Assembly (NCBI GenBank): GCA_001029695.1
Contig: CP011211.1
Span: forward strand, 780,001-812,000
Length of the DNA stretch: 32,000 bases
DNA from: Candidatus Saccharimonadota bacterium
Lineage (GTDB): Bacteria; Patescibacteriota; Saccharimonadia; Saccharimonadales; Saccharimonadaceae
Direction of reading: 5' to 3'
The notes under the pieces are model-generated. The model saw nothing but the letters and a program-made list of their open reading frames with translations, made no database searches and was not told the DNA's origin. Shown one piece after another: positions 24,164-31,671 of this stretch (positions are counted from its first letter, which is position 1; the number at the start of each line of letters is the position of its first letter). The position numbers and the translations under genes were made by a program.

Positions 24164-24643
24164 ATGAACGCCGTATCAAAAAACAAACAATCCGGATTTA
24201 CTATTATCGAGGTTGTACTCGTACTTGCGATCGCAGGGCTTATCTTCTTGATGGTCTTTGTCGCACTGCCAACACTTCAGCGTAATCAGCGAGACACTCA
24301 GCGAAAGCAGGATATGAGTCGTATTACTACCGCGGTAGCGAGCTATACGCAAAATAATAAAGGTGCACTCCCTGATGATCAGGCGAAGTGGACTAACTTT
24401 ATGGAAAAGTACTTAAAGGTTGATGGGGATGCGTTTGCAGATCCAACATTCGGTAGCTACTCTTTGTCGTATAAGGCCCTATCAGATACTGCAACTCCAT
24501 CAACTCCCGTATCTGAGACTGGTATAATTAATGTGTATCCGCAAAGAAAATGTAATGGAGAGAGTCTAGAGACTGGCCAGAAGCGTAATGTGGCTTTTGC
24601 TATGAAACTAGAAGGTGGTGGTGTAGCTTGTCAAAGCTACTAG
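24164..24643 (+). CDS. pilA: type IV pilin, in-cluster major pilin candidate
   Basis: MNAVSKNKQSG|FTIIEVVLVLAIAGLIFLMVF has Gly-1, Phe+1 and Glu+5. A C-terminal Cys pair (RKCNG...VACQSY) is consistent with a disulfide-bonded D-region. AAAGGGTGG SD and TATAAT (24127-24132) lie upstream. Confidence 0.9.
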   Translation: MNAVSKNKQSGFTIIEVVLVLAIAGLIFLMVFVALPTLQRNQRDTQRKQDMSRITTAVASYTQNNKGALPDDQAKWTNFMEKYLKVDGDAFADPTFGSYSLSYKALSDTATPSTPVSETGIINVYPQRKCNGESLETGQKRNVAFAMKLEGGGVACQSY

Positions 24644-24677
24644 ATATAGCTAAGACTACAGTAATTTACTTTTTACT

Positions 24678-24710
24678 AAACAGACCTGAAGAAGTTTCAG
24701 GTCTGTTTTT
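24678..24710 (+). terminator. rho-independent terminator between pilin and pilD
   Basis: AAACAGACCTGAA (24678-24690) pairs with TTCAGGTCTGTTT (24696-24708), followed by TT. Confidence 0.8.
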
Positions 24711-24727
24711 AGCTTAAAGAGTAAGGT

Positions 24728-25627
24728 ATGATAGTGCTTATGGAATTTATACTTATTTGTGTTGCACTTGCGTGGATAGGCACGATCCTTGGAAGTTTTG
24801 GTGCTGCTTCTGTTTGGCGTCTGCGCGCTTATCAGCTAAAGGCTGATAAGAAAGCGGGTGAGAAGATCGATAAAAAGGAGTATGCTCAACTACGTCCATT
24901 AACTGAAGTGAGTACAAAAACTGATCGCTCACGCTGCTTGCACTGTGGCCATAACCTTGCGTGGTTTGACCTGTTACCGATTATTAGCTGGCTGCAGCTT
25001 CGCGGTAAGTGCCGATACTGCCACAAAAAAATAGGTAGCTTTGAATTGTTGATGGAGCTAGGTGTGGCGGCTTTCTTCGTCGTGTCGTTTGTCTACTGGC
25101 CGCACGCACTCTCATCTTGGATTGAGATAGCGCAGTTTCTATTATGGCTTATCGGAGGCTTCGGACTGAGTGTATTGCTGGCGTATGACGCAAAGTGGTT
25201 CTTGCTGCCGAATAAAGTAGTATTCCCGCTTATAGGTATCGCGGCTGCTTCAGCAGTACTGACATTACTTAACTCTAGTGATGTTGTAGTCACTCTCTAT
25301 GGTATAGCTACTTCATGCCTCATCCTTTCTGGGGTCTACTATCTTTTATATGTCGTCTCAAAGGGAGAATGGATTGGGTTTGGGGATATTAAGCTGGGTC
25401 TCGTGCTCGCACTACTTCTTGCAGATTGGCGTTTGGCGTTTTTGACGCTGTTCTTGGCAAATGTGATCGGGTGTCTTGTTGTTATCCCTGGTATGCTTAG
25501 CAAAAAACTTACCCGAAAGTCACATGTACCGTTTGGGCCGATGCTTATCGTTGCCTGGGCTGTCGCTGGATTATTTGGCGAGAGATTGATTGACTGGTAT
25601 ATGCAGGCGGTGCTTCAGTTTATTTAG
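24728..25627 (+). CDS. pilD: prepilin peptidase PilD (A24 aspartyl peptidase/N-methylase)
   Basis: It is a polytopic membrane protein with the cytoplasmic Zn motif CLHCGHNL...CRYCHKKI. Aspartate motifs AYDAKWF and GFGDIKL are present. Confidence 0.92.
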   Translation: MIVLMEFILICVALAWIGTILGSFGAASVWRLRAYQLKADKKAGEKIDKKEYAQLRPLTEVSTKTDRSRCLHCGHNLAWFDLLPIISWLQLRGKCRYCHKKIGSFELLMELGVAAFFVVSFVYWPHALSSWIEIAQFLLWLIGGFGLSVLLAYDAKWFLLPNKVVFPLIGIAAASAVLTLLNSSDVVVTLYGIATSCLILSGVYYLLYVVSKGEWIGFGDIKLGLVLALLLADWRLAFLTLFLANVIGCLVVIPGMLSKKLTRKSHVPFGPMLIVAWAVAGLFGERLIDWYMQAVLQFI

Positions 25628-25638
25628 TAACGTGTTGA

Positions 25639-26427
25639 TTGCGGTTATGGTATAATGAAACGCAAATGGGTGCGCAAAAACAACACGGATTTACCATTAT
25701 CGAAGTACTCCTCTTTATCGCAATTAGCGGAGGTTTACTCGCTGCGCTGCTGGTTGGCGTAAACGGGAGTATAGAGCAGCAGCGCTACCGGGATAGTGTG
25801 ACATCTCTCGCAAGCTTTATGCAGTCTCAGTACGACAAGGCATTAAATACTTCAAACAGTCGCTCGAGCTCATTGAATTGTGACGCAGCGGGTATTGTGT
25901 CTGCAGCAGGTACCCAGCCAGGAACTACTGACTGTTTGATAATAGGACGACTCATTACGGGGGATCAGAATGGTGTATCGCTCCGCAGTACTGACATTAT
26001 CGCATACGTAGTAGATAGCAATGCCTTTGAGGAGAAGAGCGATGTAGACTCGCTTAGGACATCAGGTGTCGTAAAGCTAATGCTTGCTGGCGGTGCGGAT
26101 GCATCGCTTTGGGATGAATACACTCCAGAGTGGGGTGCAAAGAGTATGCCGCTGGATGCTACAGGTGCTGCATTTGGTTCAGGCGGTAAATTTGCGATGG
26201 CGATTATTCGTTCTCCAAAAAATGGCTCTATGATGACGTTTATAGGGAATGGAGCAACAGAAAATATACAAGATGAGCTCATTAGCACCGAAGGGCTGAA
26301 GAATCCATTAACACTATGTGTGGAGCCGGATGGCTTTGCTGCGCCTCAAAAACGCGCTATTGTAATTGCTCCTAATACAATTAGCCCTGCGGGTGTTTCA
26401 ACGAAGGCTGGGGTCGCGGGATGTTAG
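25639..26427 (+). CDS. pilin-like minor pilin 1 (GspH/FimU position)
   Basis: The prepilin motif is MGAQKQHG|FTIIEVLLFIAISGGLLA. The likely true start is the ATG at 25666, preceded by TGGTATAAT (25648-25656). Confidence 0.8.
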   Translation: MRLWYNETQMGAQKQHGFTIIEVLLFIAISGGLLAALLVGVNGSIEQQRYRDSVTSLASFMQSQYDKALNTSNSRSSSLNCDAAGIVSAAGTQPGTTDCLIIGRLITGDQNGVSLRSTDIIAYVVDSNAFEEKSDVDSLRTSGVVKLMLAGGADASLWDEYTPEWGAKSMPLDATGAAFGSGGKFAMAIIRSPKNGSMMTFIGNGATENIQDELISTEGLKNPLTLCVEPDGFAAPQKRAIVIAPNTISPAGVSTKAGVAGC

Positions 26428-27059
26428 TTTCTTTGAAAAGAAACGATAGAGGTGACACTATTGTCGAAGTCCTATTTGCAGTAACGATTTTTGCTATGTT
26501 GGCAGTGGGTGCATTGTCTATTATGAACCAGGGACTTGGTATCGCGCAGCGTGCACTTGAAATAAATCTTGTACGTCAGCAGATTGACGCGCAAACTGAT
26601 GCACTACGGTACCTTAATCAGGCGTATGTGGCTGATTATGGGAAAGAGATTACGTCAGGCTCACCAACCGACCTATGGAATAAGCTTATTGTGAAAAATA
26701 CTGTACGGTCTGCAGTATCGTACGACACTATGGTTACTGGGACTCAGTGTCGTGAGATGAAAAATAACCTATCCGGTGATGTGTCCGCTGATGACACAAA
26801 TGCCTTTGCACTTGATGTGACAAAACTTGATAATCCTGCCGGAGATGCACTGCTTGCGCTGTCGCCTGCAACAACCTACGCAAAGGTTCGCTACGGCGCG
26901 CCTCAGTCGACGGCAGAAGGGATTTCGATCCAGGCAGTAAAGTCAAATGCCGATAATGATTTTTATGATTTTCATATTCGTGCATGTTGGGCGAGTCCAG
27001 GCCAAGCCCAACCTGTACTTATAGGGACGATTGTGAGGTTATATGAACCACGTGGGTAA
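26421..27059 (+). CDS. pilin-like minor pilin 2 (GspI/PilV position), Asp at +1
   Basis: MLVSLKRNDRG|DTIVEVLFAVTIFAMLAVGAL has Glu+5 conserved. It overlaps the upstream gene by 7 nt. Confidence 0.75.
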   Translation: MLVSLKRNDRGDTIVEVLFAVTIFAMLAVGALSIMNQGLGIAQRALEINLVRQQIDAQTDALRYLNQAYVADYGKEITSGSPTDLWNKLIVKNTVRSAVSYDTMVTGTQCREMKNNLSGDVSADDTNAFALDVTKLDNPAGDALLALSPATTYAKVRYGAPQSTAEGISIQAVKSNADNDFYDFHIRACWASPGQAQPVLIGTIVRLYEPRG

Positions 27060-27789
27060 TAGCAAGGGATTTACTTTAGTGGAGCTACTACTTGCGATGT
27101 CGTTCGTGTCACTGCTACTGATGGCGATCGCGCTGACTGTCCTCAAGATGGGCGACATGTACACCCAGGGACTCACGCTGAAAGAAGTGAATCTTGCGGG
27201 AAAGTCGGTGAGTGATGATATTAGCCGTTCGATAGCAGCTGCGACTGAGTTTTCGGTTGACGGTAGTACCGCAACAGGCTTTCAAGAGCAGAAAGTGGGT
27301 GCGACGGTTGTCGGAGGCCGCTTGTGTACTGGTACTGTAACGTATGTATGGAATCTTGGTCGTGAGATTCGCGAGGACAATCTTACGACTCTGGTGAATA
27401 AATATGCCGGTGGAGATACTAGGGTTATACGAATGATCAAAGTAGTTGATGTGGGTGGTGTGTACTGCGGCGTAGACCTGCCGGATATCGAGCCAACAAA
27501 GGCAACTGATATGCTTCCGGAAGGTGATTTGCAGCTTGCTGTACAGAGCTTTGCTATTAAACAAGTTGCTCATAACGACGTATCACAGCAAAGCATGTTC
27601 CAGGTGATTCTTGAGCTTGGGACGAACGACCAGGATGCGCTCCAGTCTATCACAGATACAGAAAGCAGCATCCCAACAATTACAACCTCTTGTAAGCCGC
27701 CCAATGACGAGGGCTCTCGTCAAGAGTACTGTGCGATTAATAAATTTGAGTTCACCGCAAGGGTCGGAAGTAGAGGAGCAGAGCTATAA
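27043..27789 (+). CDS. pilin-like minor pilin 3 (GspJ/PilW position)
   Basis: The motif is MNHVGNSKG|FTLVELLLAMSFVSLLLMAI. It overlaps the upstream gene by 17 nt. Confidence 0.8.
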   Translation: MNHVGNSKGFTLVELLLAMSFVSLLLMAIALTVLKMGDMYTQGLTLKEVNLAGKSVSDDISRSIAAATEFSVDGSTATGFQEQKVGATVVGGRLCTGTVTYVWNLGREIREDNLTTLVNKYAGGDTRVIRMIKVVDVGGVYCGVDLPDIEPTKATDMLPEGDLQLAVQSFAIKQVAHNDVSQQSMFQVILELGTNDQDALQSITDTESSIPTITTSCKPPNDEGSRQEYCAINKFEFTARVGSRGAEL

Positions 27790-29012
27790 TGAAGAGGCAA
27801 CTAACAGGTGAAAGTGAGCGAGGGGCTGTTTCGCTTTTCGTAGTTATTTTTACGGCGCTTATAGTGACAGTCATGACGGTAAGTTTTATCCGTCTTATGA
27901 TTGACGGTCAAAGAAGCGCCTCTGATGCCGATCTTTCACGCAGTGCGCTCGACTCTGCGCAAGCGGGTGTTGAAGATGCTAAGCGTGCACTGGTAAAATA
28001 TCGATCATGTCTTTCTGGGAGCTCTGATCCAACTACGTGTGCTCGTCTTGTGGCGACTCTACCGACTGATAAGTCCTGTCAGGTACTCCAAAATAGTGGA
28101 ATTGTAGGTGCACCTGCAGACAAAGAGGTGATTATTAAGCAGAGTGATGGTGACGAGAAGTTGCAGCAAGCGTACACTTGCGTGAAAGTTGAGATAAATA
28201 GCGACGACTATATTGGAACAATCGACCAGGACAAGTCGCGTATTATACCACTCCGAGGTGTCAGCGAGTTTAATCAGATCAGAATAAAGTGGTTTACGAT
28301 CGACGACTTGGCAAATCCAGAAGATCGAATCGATCTACCTGCGCTCCCGTCTGATCCATCTGCAGGCTTTGAGCTACCAAAGCAGGCGGACTGGCCATCT
28401 AATCAGCCTGCACTTATGCGTGCACAGCTTATTCAGTACGGAGACAACTTCACTCTTGATCAATTCGATAAACCAGAAGGGGGGGATTCAAATTCGAATA
28501 CACTTTTCCTATATCCGGATCAAGTTGGAGCAAAGAGTTATAGCTTCTTGAGTGATGGTCGTCGATCTGCTTCCTCTGGGCTTCTTAGGAGTGTTACTTG
28601 TGATCCAAACTTTAGTAAGGAGACAAGTGCAACCACCGGAAGGCAGTACGCTTGCGAGACGATCATTACGCTACCGAAAGCAATTGGAGCATCTAGTGAA
28701 AAGCAGCGCACTGCCTACCTCAACCTTATGGGACTCTACCGGTCGAGCAATAATTTCAAAATTGAGCTTCTAAATAGTTCAGGTGGTGTTGCGAGTACTC
28801 CGGATGTTGTTAAGTTTGGCGGTGTGCAGGCGGTTGTTGATTCGACTGGTCGTGCGAATGACAAGTTTCGACGAGTTGAGAGTCGTGTTGAACTTGATGC
28901 GAACACCTTCCAGTACCCAACTTCGACAAGCAACACGAGCGCAGGATTCTGTAAGAATTTCTTCGTAACGGATGCTGCTGCGGAATATGTCAAAGGGGAT
29001 GATGATTGCTAG
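27789..29012 (+). CDS. PilX/GspK-like large minor pilin lacking Glu+5
   Basis: The N-terminus is ERG|AVSLFVVIFTALIVTVMTVSFIRLMIDGQRSASD, which is PilX_N-like with no Glu at +5. At 407 aa, it has a C-terminal VVDSTGRANDKFRRVESRVEL motif typical of PilX-like proteins. It has a 1-nt overlap with the upstream gene. Confidence 0.75.
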   Translation: MKRQLTGESERGAVSLFVVIFTALIVTVMTVSFIRLMIDGQRSASDADLSRSALDSAQAGVEDAKRALVKYRSCLSGSSDPTTCARLVATLPTDKSCQVLQNSGIVGAPADKEVIIKQSDGDEKLQQAYTCVKVEINSDDYIGTIDQDKSRIIPLRGVSEFNQIRIKWFTIDDLANPEDRIDLPALPSDPSAGFELPKQADWPSNQPALMRAQLIQYGDNFTLDQFDKPEGGDSNSNTLFLYPDQVGAKSYSFLSDGRRSASSGLLRSVTCDPNFSKETSATTGRQYACETIITLPKAIGASSEKQRTAYLNLMGLYRSSNNFKIELLNSSGGVASTPDVVKFGGVQAVVDSTGRANDKFRRVESRVELDANTFQYPTSTSNTSAGFCKNFFVTDAAAEYVKGDDDC

Positions 29013-29032
29013 ACCAGTAGGAGTTGATGCCT

Positions 29033-29068
29033 AAATAAATTACCGCCATAAGTGGCGGTAATTTATTT
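29033..29068. terminator. bidirectional terminator closing the pilus locus
   Basis: This is a perfect 16-bp stem, AAATAAATTACCGCCA (29033-29048) pairing with TGGCGGTAATTTATTT (29053-29068), around the loop TAAG. A/T runs flank both sides, and it overlaps the stop of the recombinase gene. Confidence 0.85.
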
Positions 29069-29987
29069 ATGCATCCGTATCACTATGAAATTTCTCGTAT
29101 ACTTCACGGAGATGTTCATCGGTTACGTGGGTGTATACCTGAGTGGTGCTAATACTACTATGACCTAACATGCTTTGGACGCTTCGTATGTCGGCACCGT
29201 TCATAAGCAGGTCGGTTGCGTAGCTATGGCGCATCGTATGCGGACTAACGTGTTTAGTGATGCCTGCGAGTTTTGCATAGTGGGTGACGATTCTTTGGAT
29301 GCTCCGCGCGGTGAGGCGTCTATAGTCTCCGGTTGTCGATACAGTGCCGCTATTTCGACTATAGCTAATAAACAGAGGTATGAGGCTGTCATCTCGAGCC
29401 TCTAAGTAGTCGTTTACTCGTTGTGCTGCTGCTTCGCCGATGAAAACTGGACGATCTTTTTGTCCTTTTCCACGTACCATAAACTCTCGTCGAGTGGTAT
29501 TGACGTGATCGCGGTTGAGATTGACGAGTTCGGAGACGCGAAGTCCGCTTGAAAAGAGGAGGTCAATAATTGCGCGGTCTCTTAGTCCTGTTTCGGTTGA
29601 GAGTGGAATCTGCGCGAGCAGTCGCTCTACTTCATCGTAGTGGAGAAAGGTGACTTGTTTGCGACTAACTTTAGGGAGAATGATCTTTTCAGGGCTAAGA
29701 CTTGGTATATCTCGGTTTGATAGGTAAGTGAGAAACCCGCGTAGTGCGATAAGATGGTAGCTCTGTGTGATTGTTGCGAGTTCATCTTCATTGTTATTTT
29801 TATAACGGTTTAACCATAATCGATATTTTCTAATGATCTCTGTTGTTATATTTTCAACTTTTATGTCATCGGTAAATTCAACGAACCGCTCAAGGTAGAG
29901 GCGATAGTTTTCGGCAGTCTTTACAGAGCGGCCACCCTCAACCTCGAGGTGCTCTATATAGTCCATGATAAGTTCTGAGATATACAT
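29067..29987 (-). CDS. xerC: tyrosine recombinase, XerC/XerD family
   Basis: It has an N-terminal core-binding domain. The catalytic motifs are GLRVSEL (Arg), RHSYATDLL (His-x-x-Arg) and LGHSSISTTQVYTHV (His and Tyr). Confidence 0.88.
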   Translation of the reverse strand: MYISELIMDYIEHLEVEGGRSVKTAENYRLYLERFVEFTDDIKVENITTEIIRKYRLWLNRYKNNNEDELATITQSYHLIALRGFLTYLSNRDIPSLSPEKIILPKVSRKQVTFLHYDEVERLLAQIPLSTETGLRDRAIIDLLFSSGLRVSELVNLNRDHVNTTRREFMVRGKGQKDRPVFIGEAAAQRVNDYLEARDDSLIPLFISYSRNSGTVSTTGDYRRLTARSIQRIVTHYAKLAGITKHVSPHTMRHSYATDLLMNGADIRSVQSMLGHSSISTTQVYTHVTDEHLREVYEKFHSDTDA

Positions 29988-30035
29988 CTTCTATAAGCAT
30001 AGCGTAATTTTGTATATCTAGGTAGAATAGGGAGA

Positions 30036-30824
30036 ATGAATATTGTAGAAATAATTGTACTTGGCCTCATACAGGGGTTGACGGAGTTCATACCAATTAG
30101 TAGTTCGGGTCATTTGGTTATTGCGCAAAACTTTTTTTCGGGCTCTGCGGACCATCTCTTTCTCGAATTTATCAATATTGGAACAATGCTTGCTTTGTTT
30201 GTTTACTTCCGCAACCGTATCTGGTCGATTATCGTAGATGTATTTGTAAAACGTAATATACGACTAGCATTGAATATAGTGATTACGGCCGTACCGGCTG
30301 GAATAGTAGGGTTACTTTTAGCTGATTTTATTGGTTCTTCAGCCTTTTTTGGCAGTATGTACGTAGTAGTTGTAACCCTTTTTGTGGTTGGAGTACTTAT
30401 GGTGGTGCTCGAACGGTTGCCGAAGGCTTCGAAGGTGCGTTCGATGGAAGAGCTACCTAAACGACGTGCTTTTGTAATCGGCCTTGCTCAAATGGTTGCG
30501 CTTATACCTGGCGTATCGCGATCCGGCTCAACGATCATCGCGGGACGCCTGGCAGGGTTTAGCGCTGCTGAGGCCGCTGAATACAGCTTTCTTGCGTCCC
30601 TACCGATTATGATGGGAGTAACGCTAAAAGTATTTGTGAGTGATTATGCATATCTTTCCGATCATCTCGGCATGTTGATAGTTGGAAATATCGTTGCGTT
30701 TGCATCTGGGTTGCTTGCAGTGGGATTTTTGATGAAATATCTTTCTCGTCATGGCCTAGCTGTGTTTGGCTGGTATAGGATTGCACTTGCGTTTGTGCTT
30801 GGGCTTATCCTTTTGCTACAATAA
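30036..30824 (+). CDS. uppP: undecaprenyl-diphosphate phosphatase
   Basis: The motifs GLTEFIPISSSGHL and PGVSRSGSTI are present in a polytopic membrane protein. Confidence 0.93.
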   Translation: MNIVEIIVLGLIQGLTEFIPISSSGHLVIAQNFFSGSADHLFLEFINIGTMLALFVYFRNRIWSIIVDVFVKRNIRLALNIVITAVPAGIVGLLLADFIGSSAFFGSMYVVVVTLFVVGVLMVVLERLPKASKVRSMEELPKRRAFVIGLAQMVALIPGVSRSGSTIIAGRLAGFSAAEAAEYSFLASLPIMMGVTLKVFVSDYAYLSDHLGMLIVGNIVAFASGLLAVGFLMKYLSRHGLAVFGWYRIALAFVLGLILLLQ

Positions 30825-30849
30825 GAAGCAACAGAACTAAAGGAGAAAT

Positions 30850-31362
30850 ATGAGCTCAGAAAATAACGTCCAAAAAACACTCGTTGTGTTTAAGCCAGAT
30901 ACAGTACAGCGCGGCCTTGTCGGTGAGATCCTTACTCGTTTTGAGCGAGTTGGCCTAAAAATTGTTGCAACAAAGATGATTGCCCCAAACAAAGAACACT
31001 ACTATAAACACTACGAAGAGATCGGTAAGATGGTAACTCGTCGTGGCGAACATGCGTTTGGTGTAACACTTGAAATGATGGTACAGGGTCCCGTTATTGC
31101 AATGGTGTTTGAGGGTGTCGAGGCGGTTGCGTTGACGCGTAAGCTGGTTGGTCCGACTGAGCCGAAGTCAGCACTTCCTGGTACAATTCGTGGAGATTAT
31201 TCACATATGAGTTTCGGTTATGCTGATGACGAGAACAAGGGTATTCCAAACCTTATTCACGCAAGTGGTGATCCTGAAGAGGCTGAAAAAGAGATTGACC
31301 ATTGGTTTGCGGACTCTGAACTCTACGAGTATCAGGCGCTTCACGAGAAATTTACTCGCTAA
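30850..31362 (+). CDS. ndk: nucleoside diphosphate kinase
   Basis: An AAGGAG SD precedes it. The N-terminus reads TLVVFKPDTVQRGLVGEILTRFERVGLKIVATKM, the catalytic His lies in NLIHASGD, and the 170-aa form is slightly extended. Confidence 0.9.
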   Translation: MSSENNVQKTLVVFKPDTVQRGLVGEILTRFERVGLKIVATKMIAPNKEHYYKHYEEIGKMVTRRGEHAFGVTLEMMVQGPVIAMVFEGVEAVALTRKLVGPTEPKSALPGTIRGDYSHMSFGYADDENKGIPNLIHASGDPEEAEKEIDHWFADSELYEYQALHEKFTR

Positions 31363-31425
31363 AGCGGCTACATCATGGCGGCAGCCTGCGTATTGGTAGC
31401 TGTCGCTATGATACAATGAGCACAC

Positions 31426-31502
31426 GCCTCGGTAGCTCAACTGGATAGAGCAGATCCGTCCTAAGGATAAGGTTGCAGGTTCGACTCCTGCCCGGGGTAC
31501 CA
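31426..31502 (+). tRNA. tRNA-Arg (anticodon CCU), CCA encoded
   Basis: Hand-folded cloverleaf:
- acceptor GCCTCGG/CCGGGGT, with two G-U pairs;
- D arm GCTC-AACTGGATA-GAGC;
- anticodon loop GTCCTAA, with CCT at 31460-31462;
- T arm GCAGG-TTCGACT-CCTGC;
- discriminator A, then CCA. Confidence 0.85.
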
Positions 31503-31671
31503 CGAAAAGCAGATCAGCTGAACAGATTTTTTTCTTGGATAAAATAGATCGCGAATTCAGGAAGTCACCCCTCGCCGTACTGACCGCACTTGACTATGCA
31601 GGCATTGATTTATATTAATTATTATGCTAAAATATATAAACGGCTGATAGCTAAAGCAGACACCATAATTA

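Noticed and set aside
14355-29012. A PilQ secretin or PilP lipoprotein hidden among the unassigned genes of the pilus region
   Set aside because: None of the unassigned proteins fits. The TPR protein, the VWA protein and the 78-aa TM protein lack the long C-terminal beta-rich secretin pattern and a lipobox. The VWA protein is better explained as an adhesin.
29067-31502. Tyrosine recombinase plus nearby tRNA as an integrative mobile element carrying the pilus locus
   Set aside because: The recombinase looks like a standard chromosomal XerC/D (306 aa, full RHRY set). Housekeeping uppP and ndk lie between it and the tRNA. No direct repeat of the tRNA 3' end was seen elsewhere in the window.
31201-31503. 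100-aa minus-strand ORF
   Set aside because: It runs antisense across the tRNA-Arg gene and the ndk 3' end. This is an artefact of the tRNA sequence.
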